Assembly: GCA_963768305.1 (NCBI GenBank)
Contig: CAVYHE010000008.1
Coordinates: 194,001 to 258,000, forward strand
DNA length: 64,000 bases
Direction: 5' to 3'
Source: an uncultured bacterium
Lineage (GTDB): Bacteria > Margulisbacteria > WOR-1 > CAVSGV01
The notes beneath the pieces are model-generated. The model was not told where the DNA came from, ran no database searches, and saw only the letters and a program-made list of their open reading frames with translations. Position numbers and translations under genes: made by a program. Of this stretch, positions 37,719-47,063 are shown piece after piece. The first letter of the stretch is position 1. The number at the start of each line of letters is the position of its first letter.

Positions 37719-39860
37719 CTACTTTATCCCCAGCGATTTTAAAGTTTCAGCGGAAGCTATTATTTTTCGGGGTTTATTGTCATTCTCAAGCGCCGAGACC
37801 ACACCCGCGGCCTCCATCTCATCCATCAGCCGCGCGGCGCGGTTGTAGCCGATCCTCATCCTTCTCTGCAGGTGCGAAGTGGATGCCTGACCGCCCGTGA
37901 CTATTATCTTAACCGCTTCGGCGAACAGGTCGTCATGCCCGCCCTCAGTCGATACGCTCCCTGATTCCCCCGCTCCGTACTCGATGTCGATGATCTCCTG
38001 AGAATACTGCGGCTGGGCCTGTTTCTTTATAAAATTCGTTATTTTTTCCACTTCATTATCGGAAACGAACGCGCCTTGCAGCCTGAACGGCTTCATCGCG
38101 CCTACCGGATGATAAAGCATATCTCCCCGCCCCAAAAGCTTTTCGGCGCCCGACATATCTAGTATTACGCGGGAATCCACCTGAGTCGCCACAGCAAAAG
38201 ATATTCTTGACGGGATATTTGCCTTTATCAATCCCGTGATGACATCTACGGACGGCCTCTGCGTCGCAATGACAAGGTGAATGCCTGTCGCGCGCGCCAT
38301 TTGGGCAATGCGGCATATCGTCGTTTCAACTTCCGTGGCGGCCACCATCATCATGTCCGCGAGTTCATCCACGATTATGACGATATAAGGCAGTCTTTCC
38401 ATTTCCTTTGGCGACCTGTCGGCTTTCGCGTTAAAAGCTTCCAGGTTCCTGACTCCGGCCGAGTAAAATGATTTATAGCGACGGTCCATTTCGCGAAGGA
38501 CCCATTCCTTTAACGTCCTCGATGCTTTTTTCGGGTCGGTCACGACAGGGGCAAGAAGGTGCGGGATATCATTATAATGCGTGAATTCAACCATCTTGGG
38601 ATCTATCATCACGAATTTCACTTCATCGGGCCTCGCCCTTAAAAGGATGCTTGTGATCAGCGTGTTTATGCAAACGCTTTTCCCCGATCCGGTCGTTCCG
38701 GCGATCAGCAGGTGTGGCATTCTTGTCAGGTCGCCGTAGATAGGCGTCCCGGAAAGGTCTTTGCCGATGCCGATAAGGAGTTTTGAATGATGGTTCTGGA
38801 ATTCTTCGGTCTTCGCTATTTCTCTAAGTCTTACCGGAGTTATCGATGGATTAGGCACTTCTATGCCCACTGCCGCTTTTCCGGGAATGGGTGCTTCTAT
38901 CCTTACGCCCTGAGAGGCAAGGTTCAGCGATATGTCGTCGGCAAGGTTCGCGATCCTGCTTACCTTAACTCCCGGCTCAGGCTGGACCTCGTATCTTGTA
39001 ACAGCAGGCCCCTGATGAACAGCGATGACAGAAGCTTCTATCCCGAACGATCTCAAGGTTTCTTCAAGTGCTCTCTTGCGGATCTCAATTGTCTCCTTCA
39101 TCTTTTCTTCCCTCTGGCGGTCCCTGTCCGTGGGGCTGTCCAGAAGTTCCAAAGGAGGAAGCTCGTACCTGCCAAGTTTCTTCGGGGTGATGACGGACGG
39201 TCTTGACGCAGGTCTCTCGACCGGCTTTTTTTCTTCATGCGTCTCAAGCTCGAACGCCGCGTTGTTCAATTCTTTTATTACGGGGATCATCGATGGTATT
39301 GACCTTTTCTCCTCCGCCTCTTCCATCCTTTGCTTCGGCCTTTGCCTTCTTTTGAATATCATGTCCCACAGTCTTGAAATTGAGTGGGTCAGAGTGATGT
39401 TGAATATCAGTATCAGTGAAATGAGGAAGATCGATGACAGTACGACATACGCTCCTGTGGTCCCGAATATCCCATTCAGTCCGCCTTTGATAACGGCACC
39501 CAGGTACCCGCCATCGCCGTAGGAGATGAGCGTTGAAAAGAGAAGGATAATGCCCAGGAACTGGGCTGTAATGATTATGAACTGCTTCCTGAGCATGAGG
39601 AGCACGCCGAAAAGTCCCAGGAAATACGGCAGCATATAAACGCCTATGCCGATCAATGGCTTCAGGAATTTGCGGATGACGTAAAGCCCCATCAGTCCTG
39701 TGGATGATCCGGATCCGGAGCTGGTGGATATGAATATGAAAAGAGCCAGGGCGATAAGCAGTATCCCTATTATGTCCTGACTTAAGTGAGAGGGTTTTCT
39801 ATATTTCTCGAATTTCCGCTTTCTGGCCAATCCTTGTACCTCGCGGAAATTATAGCACAA
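37719..39860 (-). CDS. ftsK: DNA translocase FtsK/SpoIIIE
   Basis: N-terminal membrane domain and motor domain with Walker A GTTGSGKSV. The C-terminal gamma winged-helix is present (QASTSHLQRRMRIGYNRAARLMDEME). Confidence 0.9.
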   Translation of the reverse strand: MCYNFREVQGLARKRKFEKYRKPSHLSQDIIGILLIALALFIFISTSSGSGSSTGLMGLYVIRKFLKPLIGIGVYMLPYFLGLFGVLLMLRKQFIIITAQFLGIILLFSTLISYGDGGYLGAVIKGGLNGIFGTTGAYVVLSSIFLISLILIFNITLTHSISRLWDMIFKRRQRPKQRMEEAEEKRSIPSMIPVIKELNNAAFELETHEEKKPVERPASRPSVITPKKLGRYELPPLELLDSPTDRDRQREEKMKETIEIRKRALEETLRSFGIEASVIAVHQGPAVTRYEVQPEPGVKVSRIANLADDISLNLASQGVRIEAPIPGKAAVGIEVPNPSITPVRLREIAKTEEFQNHHSKLLIGIGKDLSGTPIYGDLTRMPHLLIAGTTGSGKSVCINTLITSILLRARPDEVKFVMIDPKMVEFTHYNDIPHLLAPVVTDPKKASRTLKEWVLREMDRRYKSFYSAGVRNLEAFNAKADRSPKEMERLPYIVIIVDELADMMMVAATEVETTICRIAQMARATGIHLVIATQRPSVDVITGLIKANIPSRISFAVATQVDSRVILDMSGAEKLLGRGDMLYHPVGAMKPFRLQGAFVSDNEVEKITNFIKKQAQPQYSQEIIDIEYGAGESGSVSTEGGHDDLFAEAVKIIVTGGQASTSHLQRRMRIGYNRAARLMDEMEAAGVVSALENDNKPRKIIASAETLKSLGIK

Positions 39861-40097
39861 AAGGAATTAGGGCTAAAGCATCCTCATTTCTGTCAATTCC
39901 TAGTTTTAAAATAATCCTGAAAAAGCGGGAGTTTGAAATAGATCAGGAATGATCAATCGATATAAGAATTCCAATAAGCTTGATTCCACTTGCCAAAAGC
40001 GATACATATATTTTTCAATGTTCGGGAAAGATCCGATATCGGAGAGCGGGCCCGGAGCAGATCCGGGTGTTCCTCTAAATATTGCGTTACATCACTT

Positions 40098-40598
40098 TCA
40101 TCTAACGAACTTCAACGGTTCAAGTCCGGGAGTGATCTTTATCCAGGAATCCTTATCCCGAGGACCTGTCAACATAGCCGTACTAAGCAAATGATTGTGG
40201 AAAAGAGAAAATGTTTTTATAAAATATTTATATGGATCTGGTTCGTGAATTGAGGTTGATTTTGCTTTTAAGTATTCGAGATCGGATATCCAGACAACTC
40301 TTTGAAGTTTATTGCAAATATCAAGAATTTTCGCGCTTCGATCTTCTACGGTAAATTTCTTTACCTTCCTGATATTATCAAAAGGGACCCCGGCAGATAT
40401 AAATGCTTTGCGCACGAGGCTTGCGCGCTCCAAGAACTCGATCGAATGCTTTCTGGGCAGAACTCCCAAAGCTTTTGCGGTTTTCCGATTTACCCTGATG
40501 AATTGACAACCGCTATCACCGCCACTTATGTGAACAAAGGGAATATCTCTGCGGCAGTTGATCCTAAGAAAATCTTCCGGCATATCTTTCCTCCTCAA
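40098..40598 (-). CDS. family A paralog 1, hypothetical protein with conserved C-terminal W-I-K-I-T-P-G-L-E-P-L motif
   Basis: 166 aa with a TTG start and AAGGTG Shine-Dalgarno. Shares RRDIPFVHISGGDSGCQFIRVNRKTAKALGVLPRKHSIEFLE and the C-terminal DSWIKITPGLEPLKFV with the 41389-41958 protein. Confidence 0.55.
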   Translation of the reverse strand: MRRKDMPEDFLRINCRRDIPFVHISGGDSGCQFIRVNRKTAKALGVLPRKHSIEFLERASLVRKAFISAGVPFDNIRKVKKFTVEDRSAKILDICNKLQRVVWISDLEYLKAKSTSIHEPDPYKYFIKTFSLFHNHLLSTAMLTGPRDKDSWIKITPGLEPLKFVR

Positions 40599-40622
40599 AT
40601 TTTGACACCTTTAACTGTTTAT

Positions 40623-40649
40623 TTATCGACAAATCATGCCGAAAATTCA
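40623..40649 (-). promoter_or_regulatory. SigD/FliA-type promoter variant (TTGAAT-N16-CGATAAA) of family A paralog 1
   Basis: Reverse complement TTGAATTTTCGGCATGATTTGTCGATAAAT. Confidence 0.45.
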
Positions 40650-40840
40650 ATTTTTCTAATCTTTTTCCCCGTGTCTTTTCAAAACATCAAGAATATGAGC
40701 TGTAAAAGCCCTTTCGCTTTCCCTTTCTGCATTAAAAGTTGAGATCGCAAATGAATCTTCATCATAGGGAGAGCTTATAACACGGGAATCCCCTTTCGTT
40801 TCACTTGCAAAGGTCCTTTCCTCTAACCGCATTGCAGAGC

Positions 40841-41179
40841 TTAAAAGTTTGAGGGCTTCTTGATGAGCACTGAGACCGGATTTAAGCAGAGTATCGATAT
40901 TGCCGTCAATCCTCTCTTTAACAAAAATGTGGCTAAGATCATTGGCCGCGATCTGGAATTTTTAAGTTTATTAACATTGCGTGGTGCTTCCAGGGACTTT
41001 TTGTAAGTAATGCGCAATTTTTCTATCCTTCCAGCGAGCATTGTTACATTAACCCCGCTATTTGAAATTTGAGGAGCAAGCCGGCTTCTAACCGCAAATA
41101 AAGGTTCCCTGACGATTTTCCTTAGCATATTTAGCCCTTTCGGGAGGTGAAGAGCCCCTATGTTCATTTTTATCATCAA
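40841..41179 (-). CDS. family A paralog 3 (diverged, shorter)
   Basis: 112 aa. The N-terminus MIKMNIGALHLPKGLNML...LAPQISNSG resembles the N-terminal region of the two longer paralogs. It lacks the C-terminal ITPGLEPL motif. Confidence 0.4.
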   Translation of the reverse strand: MMIKMNIGALHLPKGLNMLRKIVREPLFAVRSRLAPQISNSGVNVTMLAGRIEKLRITYKKSLEAPRNVNKLKNSRSRPMILATFLLKRGLTAISILCLNPVSVLIKKPSNF

Positions 41180-41216
41180 AATCCCTCCTTAATCATCACT
41201 GAACTGTTCTCCTTAT

Positions 41217-41244
41217 ATATCGTTAGCATTCTTTAAAAATTTCA
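41217..41244 (-). promoter_or_regulatory. SigD/FliA-type promoter of family A paralog 3
   Basis: Reverse complement GTGAAATTTTTAAAGAATGCTAACGATATATAAGGAG. Confidence 0.5.
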
Positions 41245-41388
41245 CTTTTTTGGCAATGATTATTAGGCGAAAATCCGATAAAAGCTTTTTTATTACCGGA
41301 TCTGATGGCGCCAAAATGTTTATTGATAACGCTCAGTTGCTACCCGGTCTTATTGATAAGCCAGTATGTAAGTCTTTAATTCCTGCCA

Positions 41389-41958
41389 TCAGAGTTCTTT
41401 CTGATGTTTTATTAAATAATCCTTTACGGCATTTTTGCCTACAAAACTTAATGGTTCAAGGCCGGGAGTGATCTGGATCCAACAATCCCTGTCAGATGGT
41501 ATCGTTAATGCGGATCTGTTGAGTAAACGCATTTCAAATATGGAAAATGCTTCCTTAAGATATTGATGAAGATCTATGCTGAGATTATTGTGAATATCAA
41601 TACGTAAAAAGGCGAAGTCCCGTTCATTAAAGATGTTCGTGAATTTATCGCACACTTTGAAGACTTGGTTGCCGAGAGCTATTGAGGCGCGTAATTGCTC
41701 CACCCCGTTCATTTTGGAAAGATCTAATTGTGCATCATTGATAAAAGGATTTGATCCCGAGGAAGATATGAATGTTTTGATCAGGAGGGACTGGATCTCC
41801 AAATGCGCGAGCGGATAACTGCGCGGGGCGAGCCCGAGAACTTTTGCAGCCCCAGCATCAATTCTTATTTCTTTCCTGCCGGATAGTCCCCTGCTTATGC
41901 GGCCAAAGGGAATATTTACGTTCAAACTAGCCGCCCTGAGAACTTTTGATATACTCAT
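41389..41958 (-). CDS. family A paralog 2, hypothetical protein with C-terminal W-I-Q-I-T-P-G-L-E-P-L motif
   Basis: 189 aa. NVNIPFGRISRGLSGRKEIRIDAGAAKVLGLAPRSYPLAHLE and the C-terminal DCWIQITPGLEPLSFV are shared with paralog 1. Confidence 0.55.
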   Translation of the reverse strand: MSISKVLRAASLNVNIPFGRISRGLSGRKEIRIDAGAAKVLGLAPRSYPLAHLEIQSLLIKTFISSSGSNPFINDAQLDLSKMNGVEQLRASIALGNQVFKVCDKFTNIFNERDFAFLRIDIHNNLSIDLHQYLKEAFSIFEMRLLNRSALTIPSDRDCWIQITPGLEPLSFVGKNAVKDYLIKHQKEL

Positions 41959-42011
41959 ATAACTGCCTTCTTCCTTGATAATTTGACCTGTTCACTCTCT
42001 AATACGTTATT

Positions 42012-42039
42012 TTATCGGCAATATTTGCGAAAAATTTCA
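42012..42039 (-). promoter_or_regulatory. SigD/FliA-type promoter of family A paralog 2 (perfect GCCGATAA -10)
   Basis: Reverse complement GTGAAATTTTTCGCAAATATTGCCGATAAAAT. Confidence 0.55.
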
Positions 42040-42126
42040 CTTTTTGCGCGAAGATCTTTTAGGGAATTGAGACTTAAAAAAGCGCGAAATGCGAGGTGTT
42101 TAAATGCGGAAAATTCTATTGATCTG

Positions 42127-43008
42127 CTATCTTGATCTTTCCCACTTATCGAACATGACAATAAGCGGGCTGGCGACGAAAATGGAAGAATATGCTCCGC
42201 AGGTGAACCCGATGAACAGCGTCAGCGCGAAATCCTTTATCGTGGCGCCGCCAAAAATGAGCAGCGAAAGGTTCATGAAAAGCACGGTCAGCACAGTGTT
42301 TATGGATCTCGCCATCGTCTGATTGACCGCTTCGTTCACAACGTCCCCGAACGGCTTTTTGGAATAGCCCGGCTTGTTCAGGTCTTCTCTCACACGGTCG
42401 AATATGACTATTGTATCGCAAATGGAATAACCAAGTATCGTAAGTATCGCCGCGATGAACCAAGTATCAATATTCCTCCACAATAAGGCCATAATTCCGA
42501 CAGTTATTGTAGCATCGTGAAGAAGAGCTATGACCGCCGCGACTGAATACTTGAATTCGAACCGGAAAGCTACATATATCAGTATGCACACTGTCGCCAG
42601 GAGAAGCGACCAGAACGCCTGACGTCTCAATTCGCTGCCCACAACGGGACCGATGGTATCCGCTTCCAAAAGCTCCATTGTGGGATACTTTTCCCTTATC
42701 CCGTCCACCATCTTCGTCCTGTCCTCCGTGGATAAAGGATCTGTGCTGATGATGATATTATTGCCTTCGGACCTCTGGATAACGCTTTCCTGCCTTCCGA
42801 ATTTGCTTAATATCACGCGGATATCGCTTATGGAAACCGCGCCGTCGAATTTAATGTTAAGGACCGTTCCGCCGGTAAAATCTATACCAAAGTTCATGAC
42901 CTTCCCTTTCATTATCCCGTTCGATAATAGGGCGAAGATCCCGAGGGCTATGAAAAAGCCAGAGAGCATGAACCACGATCTTGTTTTTCCTATGACGTTC
43001 AATGTCAT
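42127..43008 (-). CDS. secF: protein translocase subunit SecF
   Basis: 293 aa with six transmembrane helices and SecF conserved segments. Its start overlaps the secD stop. Confidence 0.9.
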   Translation of the reverse strand: MTLNVIGKTRSWFMLSGFFIALGIFALLSNGIMKGKVMNFGIDFTGGTVLNIKFDGAVSISDIRVILSKFGRQESVIQRSEGNNIIISTDPLSTEDRTKMVDGIREKYPTMELLEADTIGPVVGSELRRQAFWSLLLATVCILIYVAFRFEFKYSVAAVIALLHDATITVGIMALLWRNIDTWFIAAILTILGYSICDTIVIFDRVREDLNKPGYSKKPFGDVVNEAVNQTMARSINTVLTVLFMNLSLLIFGGATIKDFALTLFIGFTCGAYSSIFVASPLIVMFDKWERSR

Positions 43009-44348
43009 TTTTTGAATCCCCTGTACAATAATTTGCTGTCCGGCTTTGATATGATCTTACCGTCAACGGACATTTCCAGCATCATGTGCGTGATGGTGAG
43101 CGCCGTGAAAAGAGACGCAACGATACCGACGGATAACGTGACGGCGAATCCTTTGATGGTCCCCGTCCCGAGCCAGAATAGCGTCGCCGCGGCTACCAAG
43201 GTCGTGACGTGAGAATCAAATATCGCCGTGAACGCTCTCTTGAAACTGACCTCTATGGCCAGCGCAAGCGTTTTCCCCGTGTTTAACTCTTCCTTCAATC
43301 TTTCAAATATGATGATGTTCGTGTCCACGGCCATGCCGATGGTGAGCAGGAATCCTGCGATGCCAGGAAGCGTGAGCGTGGTCCTCAATAAGGAAAGGAT
43401 GGCGATATTTATCAAGCAATATATCACAAGCGCTATGTCCGCGATAAAGCCGGGATACCTGTAGTAACTGATCATGAATACGATAATGAAAGCTATGCCG
43501 ATCATGCCGGCGAATTTGCTCTTGTCAATGGAATCGCGGCCGAGCGTGGGCCCGATGACACGGTTCTCTATCGCGCGGACGGGGACAGGTAAAGCGCCTG
43601 CCTTTAATTTCACGACAAGGTCCTGGACTTCATCTATGGTGAAGTTGCCGGATATCTGTGCCCTCCCGCCTGATATGGGTTCCCTGACATTCGGCGCGGA
43701 GATTATCTTTTTATCCAGAAGTATGGCGAGAGGCTTTCCGACGCTTCTTGTTGTTACATCGGAGAACAACTGGGAGCCTTTTCCGTTGAATTCTATATCA
43801 ACAACAGGATTGCCGTAGCTGTCTATCCCGGGCCACGCGCCTTTAAGGTCGGAACCTGTAAGAGCGGTGTTCTTCAATATTATGGGCCGCTCGGAAACGA
43901 CCTCGCTTCCCCTGTACTCTTTTACCTTATCCAGCCGCGCGCCCTTGCCGTAAAATTCTTCGATCCTTTTGGGAGTGAGCGTTTTCTCATCGCCGGGCGC
44001 CCATTCCGCCTCGACAAATTCAAGCTGAGCGGTGTCTCCTATAACTTTTATCGCCCTGTCGGGATCCTTTATCCCGGGGAGTTCCACGATTACCTGCGAT
44101 TTGCCTTTGCGCTGGATGGTGGGCTCCGTCACTCCAAGGGCGTCTATCCTGTTGCGGATGACCGCAACAACGCCCGCAACGGAATCATCGGTGACTTTAG
44201 CCGACGAAGTTTCGTAGGCTTCCAGTACTAATCTTGTGCCGCCCTGAAGATCAAGTCCCAGCGTGAGCGGCATATACATTATTGCCGCAATGGAAGCAAT
44301 GACTATTGCAAGGATGAAAAGGAAACGTAATTGGTTTAAGTTCTTCAT
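43005..44348 (-). CDS. secD: protein translocase subunit SecD
   Basis: 447 aa with a periplasmic domain and C-terminal RND-like transmembrane domain. Order is secD then secF. Confidence 0.9.
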   Translation of the reverse strand: MKNLNQLRFLFILAIVIASIAAIMYMPLTLGLDLQGGTRLVLEAYETSSAKVTDDSVAGVVAVIRNRIDALGVTEPTIQRKGKSQVIVELPGIKDPDRAIKVIGDTAQLEFVEAEWAPGDEKTLTPKRIEEFYGKGARLDKVKEYRGSEVVSERPIILKNTALTGSDLKGAWPGIDSYGNPVVDIEFNGKGSQLFSDVTTRSVGKPLAILLDKKIISAPNVREPISGGRAQISGNFTIDEVQDLVVKLKAGALPVPVRAIENRVIGPTLGRDSIDKSKFAGMIGIAFIIVFMISYYRYPGFIADIALVIYCLINIAILSLLRTTLTLPGIAGFLLTIGMAVDTNIIIFERLKEELNTGKTLALAIEVSFKRAFTAIFDSHVTTLVAAATLFWLGTGTIKGFAVTLSVGIVASLFTALTITHMMLEMSVDGKIISKPDSKLLYRGFKK

Positions 44349-44405
44349 GTCCCTCCAAAAAACATGGTGATTATATCATGGGAGGGGGAGAATTTCAAAA
44401 ACCGG

Positions 44406-45272
44406 TCAAATGGTTCGCGGAGGCTTGTGGCGTAAGTCGATGATCATCGTATTATCGGGTTCGACAGGAATTATGTCATCCCCCTCTTCGTGAAGCACAT
44501 CATCTTTATGAAACACATGGTCATTATTGGTATCAGCGAATTTTACTGCCTTTTTTCTGCCTCCGTGAAAGCCTCGGTGAAGCTTGGTGATCTTTAGATG
44601 CGAGAGTTTCCCTGCGTAAGAGCTCATCATCCTTTCAACCTCCACTGAACCGGCGCACAAAAACCGTTGATTGGATAAAGCTCTGACAAAAACTTTTAAG
44701 ACCTTGTCCATTGTTTTTTGGGTAGCTTTTCCGCTGACCCGGACCACCAGAGTGAAATCCTTGAAGGGATCGATCCCCGGCACGGACCGCAAACCTTTAT
44801 TAAAATTCAAGTTGAAAAGGTTTGAGGGGTCTCCCTTGAACGGCTGCCATAATATCTTCACTTCAAATCCGTTAGGCACCGCATCCATGATCTCTCCAAT
44901 GTTAGTAAAAAAGTTGTGTTTGTTCAGGCTGCTTATCACTTTGCCGGGCAATTCAACCCGCTTTTCAATGCATTCTCTGAGAGGCCGTCTCGGCATTTGG
45001 AAACCTTTGCTTTGGAAACTGCCTGCGAGGCCGTTTTCCTCGATAACCTCAGCCAATCTGGGCAAAAGATCTTTCCTGACATGCTTCATGAAAGCTTCGG
45101 GATTTTGCTCGAGAGGGTTTTTTCCGCTTGGAACGATCTCATTGCTTACCGATCCCGAAGCTATGTACCCCTTTTTAGCGCTCTCAAGATGCTTCTGAAA
45201 GGGGCTGAACCTTACAGCTTCGGCATGAGACGCGTGTTTCCCGAAATTCCCGATTTTTCTTGTTGATATCAA
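44406..45272 (-). CDS. hypothetical protein (288 aa)
   Basis: TTG start with an AAGGTGG Shine-Dalgarno. No recognisable domain. Confidence 0.5.
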   Translation of the reverse strand: MISTRKIGNFGKHASHAEAVRFSPFQKHLESAKKGYIASGSVSNEIVPSGKNPLEQNPEAFMKHVRKDLLPRLAEVIEENGLAGSFQSKGFQMPRRPLRECIEKRVELPGKVISSLNKHNFFTNIGEIMDAVPNGFEVKILWQPFKGDPSNLFNLNFNKGLRSVPGIDPFKDFTLVVRVSGKATQKTMDKVLKVFVRALSNQRFLCAGSVEVERMMSSYAGKLSHLKITKLHRGFHGGRKKAVKFADTNNDHVFHKDDVLHEEGDDIIPVEPDNTMIIDLRHKPPRTI

Positions 45273-45290
45273 TATAGTTCCACCTTTATT

Positions 45291-45318
45291 ATATCGGCTT
45301 TTTGGCGTGAAAATTTCA
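45291..45318 (-). promoter_or_regulatory. SigD/FliA-type promoter (perfect GCCGATAT -10)
   Basis: Reverse complement CTGAAATTTTCACGCCAAAAAGCCGATATAAT, located 19 nt upstream of the TTG start of the 288-aa hypothetical. Confidence 0.55.
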
Positions 45319-45354
45319 GTTTTTCTGCGGAAAACTGGAGATAGGAGAACTGCC

Positions 45355-45984
45355 TTACATCCCCTTTATGACGCTGGATTCCATGAAAGCCGAGACCGCG
45401 AGGATGGGAACGCAAACTAGGAAATAAGCATGCACACGCAATGCCATCATTGCGGCTATATAGACCGATATCTTTTCCACCGCCGCCGGGCTGGAATTGC
45501 TAACCGCCGAAACCGCCAGGGCAATGGACATTCCCATTCCCAGCGCAACAGAAAAAACCAGGATCTCAAGCACGATAACAAGCGTCGAAAAAAGCATCAT
45601 CAGGAACATATTGTTAACTATCCGGATCTCCCCCATATCAAAACCCATGCCTGCCGAGTTTGGCGGAATGAACACAGTCAATCCTATGTTCATCCCCGTC
45701 AAGAAAGTTATAATGAACGGCAGTATCACAAAAAGCCCGGAGAGCATGTACAGCATTATCGAGATCGAATTAAAAAAGAAAATTATAAGGAATATCCTGG
45801 CAAAGCTTGCTTTTGGATTTATGAATTTTGCCATTATCGCCATGAACTTGCGCGGGAACCACAGCAATATTTTTATTTTGAAAAGATCCACCGGATAAGA
45901 AAAACAGAAGCCGGCGAAGAAAATGATCAGCGCCAGCCAGGCAAAATAGATGTTTTCCTTAATGATCAAAACAGCTTCGGCCAT
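45355..45984 (-). CDS. polytopic membrane protein (SpoIIM/DUF95-like, tentative)
   Basis: 209 aa with five to six transmembrane helices. Confidence 0.45.
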   Translation of the reverse strand: MAEAVLIIKENIYFAWLALIIFFAGFCFSYPVDLFKIKILLWFPRKFMAIMAKFINPKASFARIFLIIFFFNSISIMLYMLSGLFVILPFIITFLTGMNIGLTVFIPPNSAGMGFDMGEIRIVNNMFLMMLFSTLVIVLEILVFSVALGMGMSIALAVSAVSNSSPAAVEKISVYIAAMMALRVHAYFLVCVPILAVSAFMESSVIKGM

Positions 45985-47057
45985 CAGAGTTTACCTTCCT
46001 TGATCTTATATCTGATATTTTCCATCAATTTCATGAAATGTTTGATATTGTGGAGCGTCATCAAGGTCAGCGGAAGTATTTCCTTTGCGATGAATAAATG
46101 CCTGATGTAAGCCCTGCTGAAATTTTTGCATGCATAACAATCACAGGTACCGCTCAAAGGGCTAAAATCTTTTTCGAATTTCGCGTTCTTTATGATCTCT
46201 TTGCCGTTATCCGTGAAGAACGCGCCGTGGCGCGCCAGCCTGGTAGGTATCACGCAGTCAAAAAGATCGATCCCATACTTGACGGCTTCTTCAATATCTT
46301 CGGGGAATCCAACTCCCATCAAATGTTTTGGTTTTTCATATTCGAGGTTTGATGCCGATATTTCGAGCATCTCCAGCATCAATTCTTTCGGCTCGCCCAC
46401 CGACAATCCGCCGATGCCGTATCCCGGGAAGCCGATTGACTGAATTTCTTCAGCTGACCGTTTTCGAAGATCTTTGAACATGCCGCCCTGGACTACGCCG
46501 AATAACTCTTGCTTTGAATTATTTAATTTGCTGAAAGCTTTCTTGCTTCTATTGGCCCATAGTTTTGTCTTTTCAACTGCAGACAACGCCTCAGACTTTG
46601 TACAGGGATAATGAACGCATTCATCCAGAGGCATTATTATATCCGAGCCAAAAATCGATTGGATCTCGATGATTTTTTCAGGAGTTAGAAGATGCTCGGA
46701 GCCGTCGATGTGAGAATTGAAAGTTACGCCTTCATCCGTGATCTTCCGCAGCCTGCTAAGGCTGAAGACCTGAAATCCGCCGCTGTCCGTCAATATAGGG
46801 CCGCTCCAGCCAATGAACTTATGCAGACCTCCCGCCGCCTTAATGACCTCCGTCCCCGGCCTGAGATACAGATGATATGTGTTGCAAAGGATGATCTGCG
46901 CGCCGGTGTCCTTCACCTGTTGAGGAGTAACAGCTTTCACTGAGCCTTGAGTGCCAACGGGCATGAACGCTGGAGTATCGATCACTCCGTGAGCTGTAAG
47001 CAGCTTGCCTGTTCTTGCTTTTGATCTTGAGCTTTTATGGGTTATGTCGAACATCAC
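45984..47057 (-). CDS. tgt: queuine tRNA-ribosyltransferase
   Basis: TGT signature (GVIDTPAFMPVGTQGSVK...ILCNTYHL) and a C-terminal zinc site (CDCYACKNFSRAY). Confidence 0.9.
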   Translation of the reverse strand: MMFDITHKSSRSKARTGKLLTAHGVIDTPAFMPVGTQGSVKAVTPQQVKDTGAQIILCNTYHLYLRPGTEVIKAAGGLHKFIGWSGPILTDSGGFQVFSLSRLRKITDEGVTFNSHIDGSEHLLTPEKIIEIQSIFGSDIIMPLDECVHYPCTKSEALSAVEKTKLWANRSKKAFSKLNNSKQELFGVVQGGMFKDLRKRSAEEIQSIGFPGYGIGGLSVGEPKELMLEMLEISASNLEYEKPKHLMGVGFPEDIEEAVKYGIDLFDCVIPTRLARHGAFFTDNGKEIIKNAKFEKDFSPLSGTCDCYACKNFSRAYIRHLFIAKEILPLTLMTLHNIKHFMKLMENIRYKIKEGKL

Positions 47058-47063
47058 GTATGA

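Noticed and set aside
39949-40253. Plus-strand ORFs of 81 and 87 aa in the ftsK upstream intergenic region
   Set aside because: Low complexity, no start context, and they overlap the 3' end of the confidently called family A paralog on the other strand.
43012-44217. Several plus-strand ORFs (43012-43212, 43228-43464, 43474-43818, 44032-44217)
   Set aside because: Antisense to secD/secF, which are confidently called. They are typical shadow ORFs in a GC-skewed coding region.
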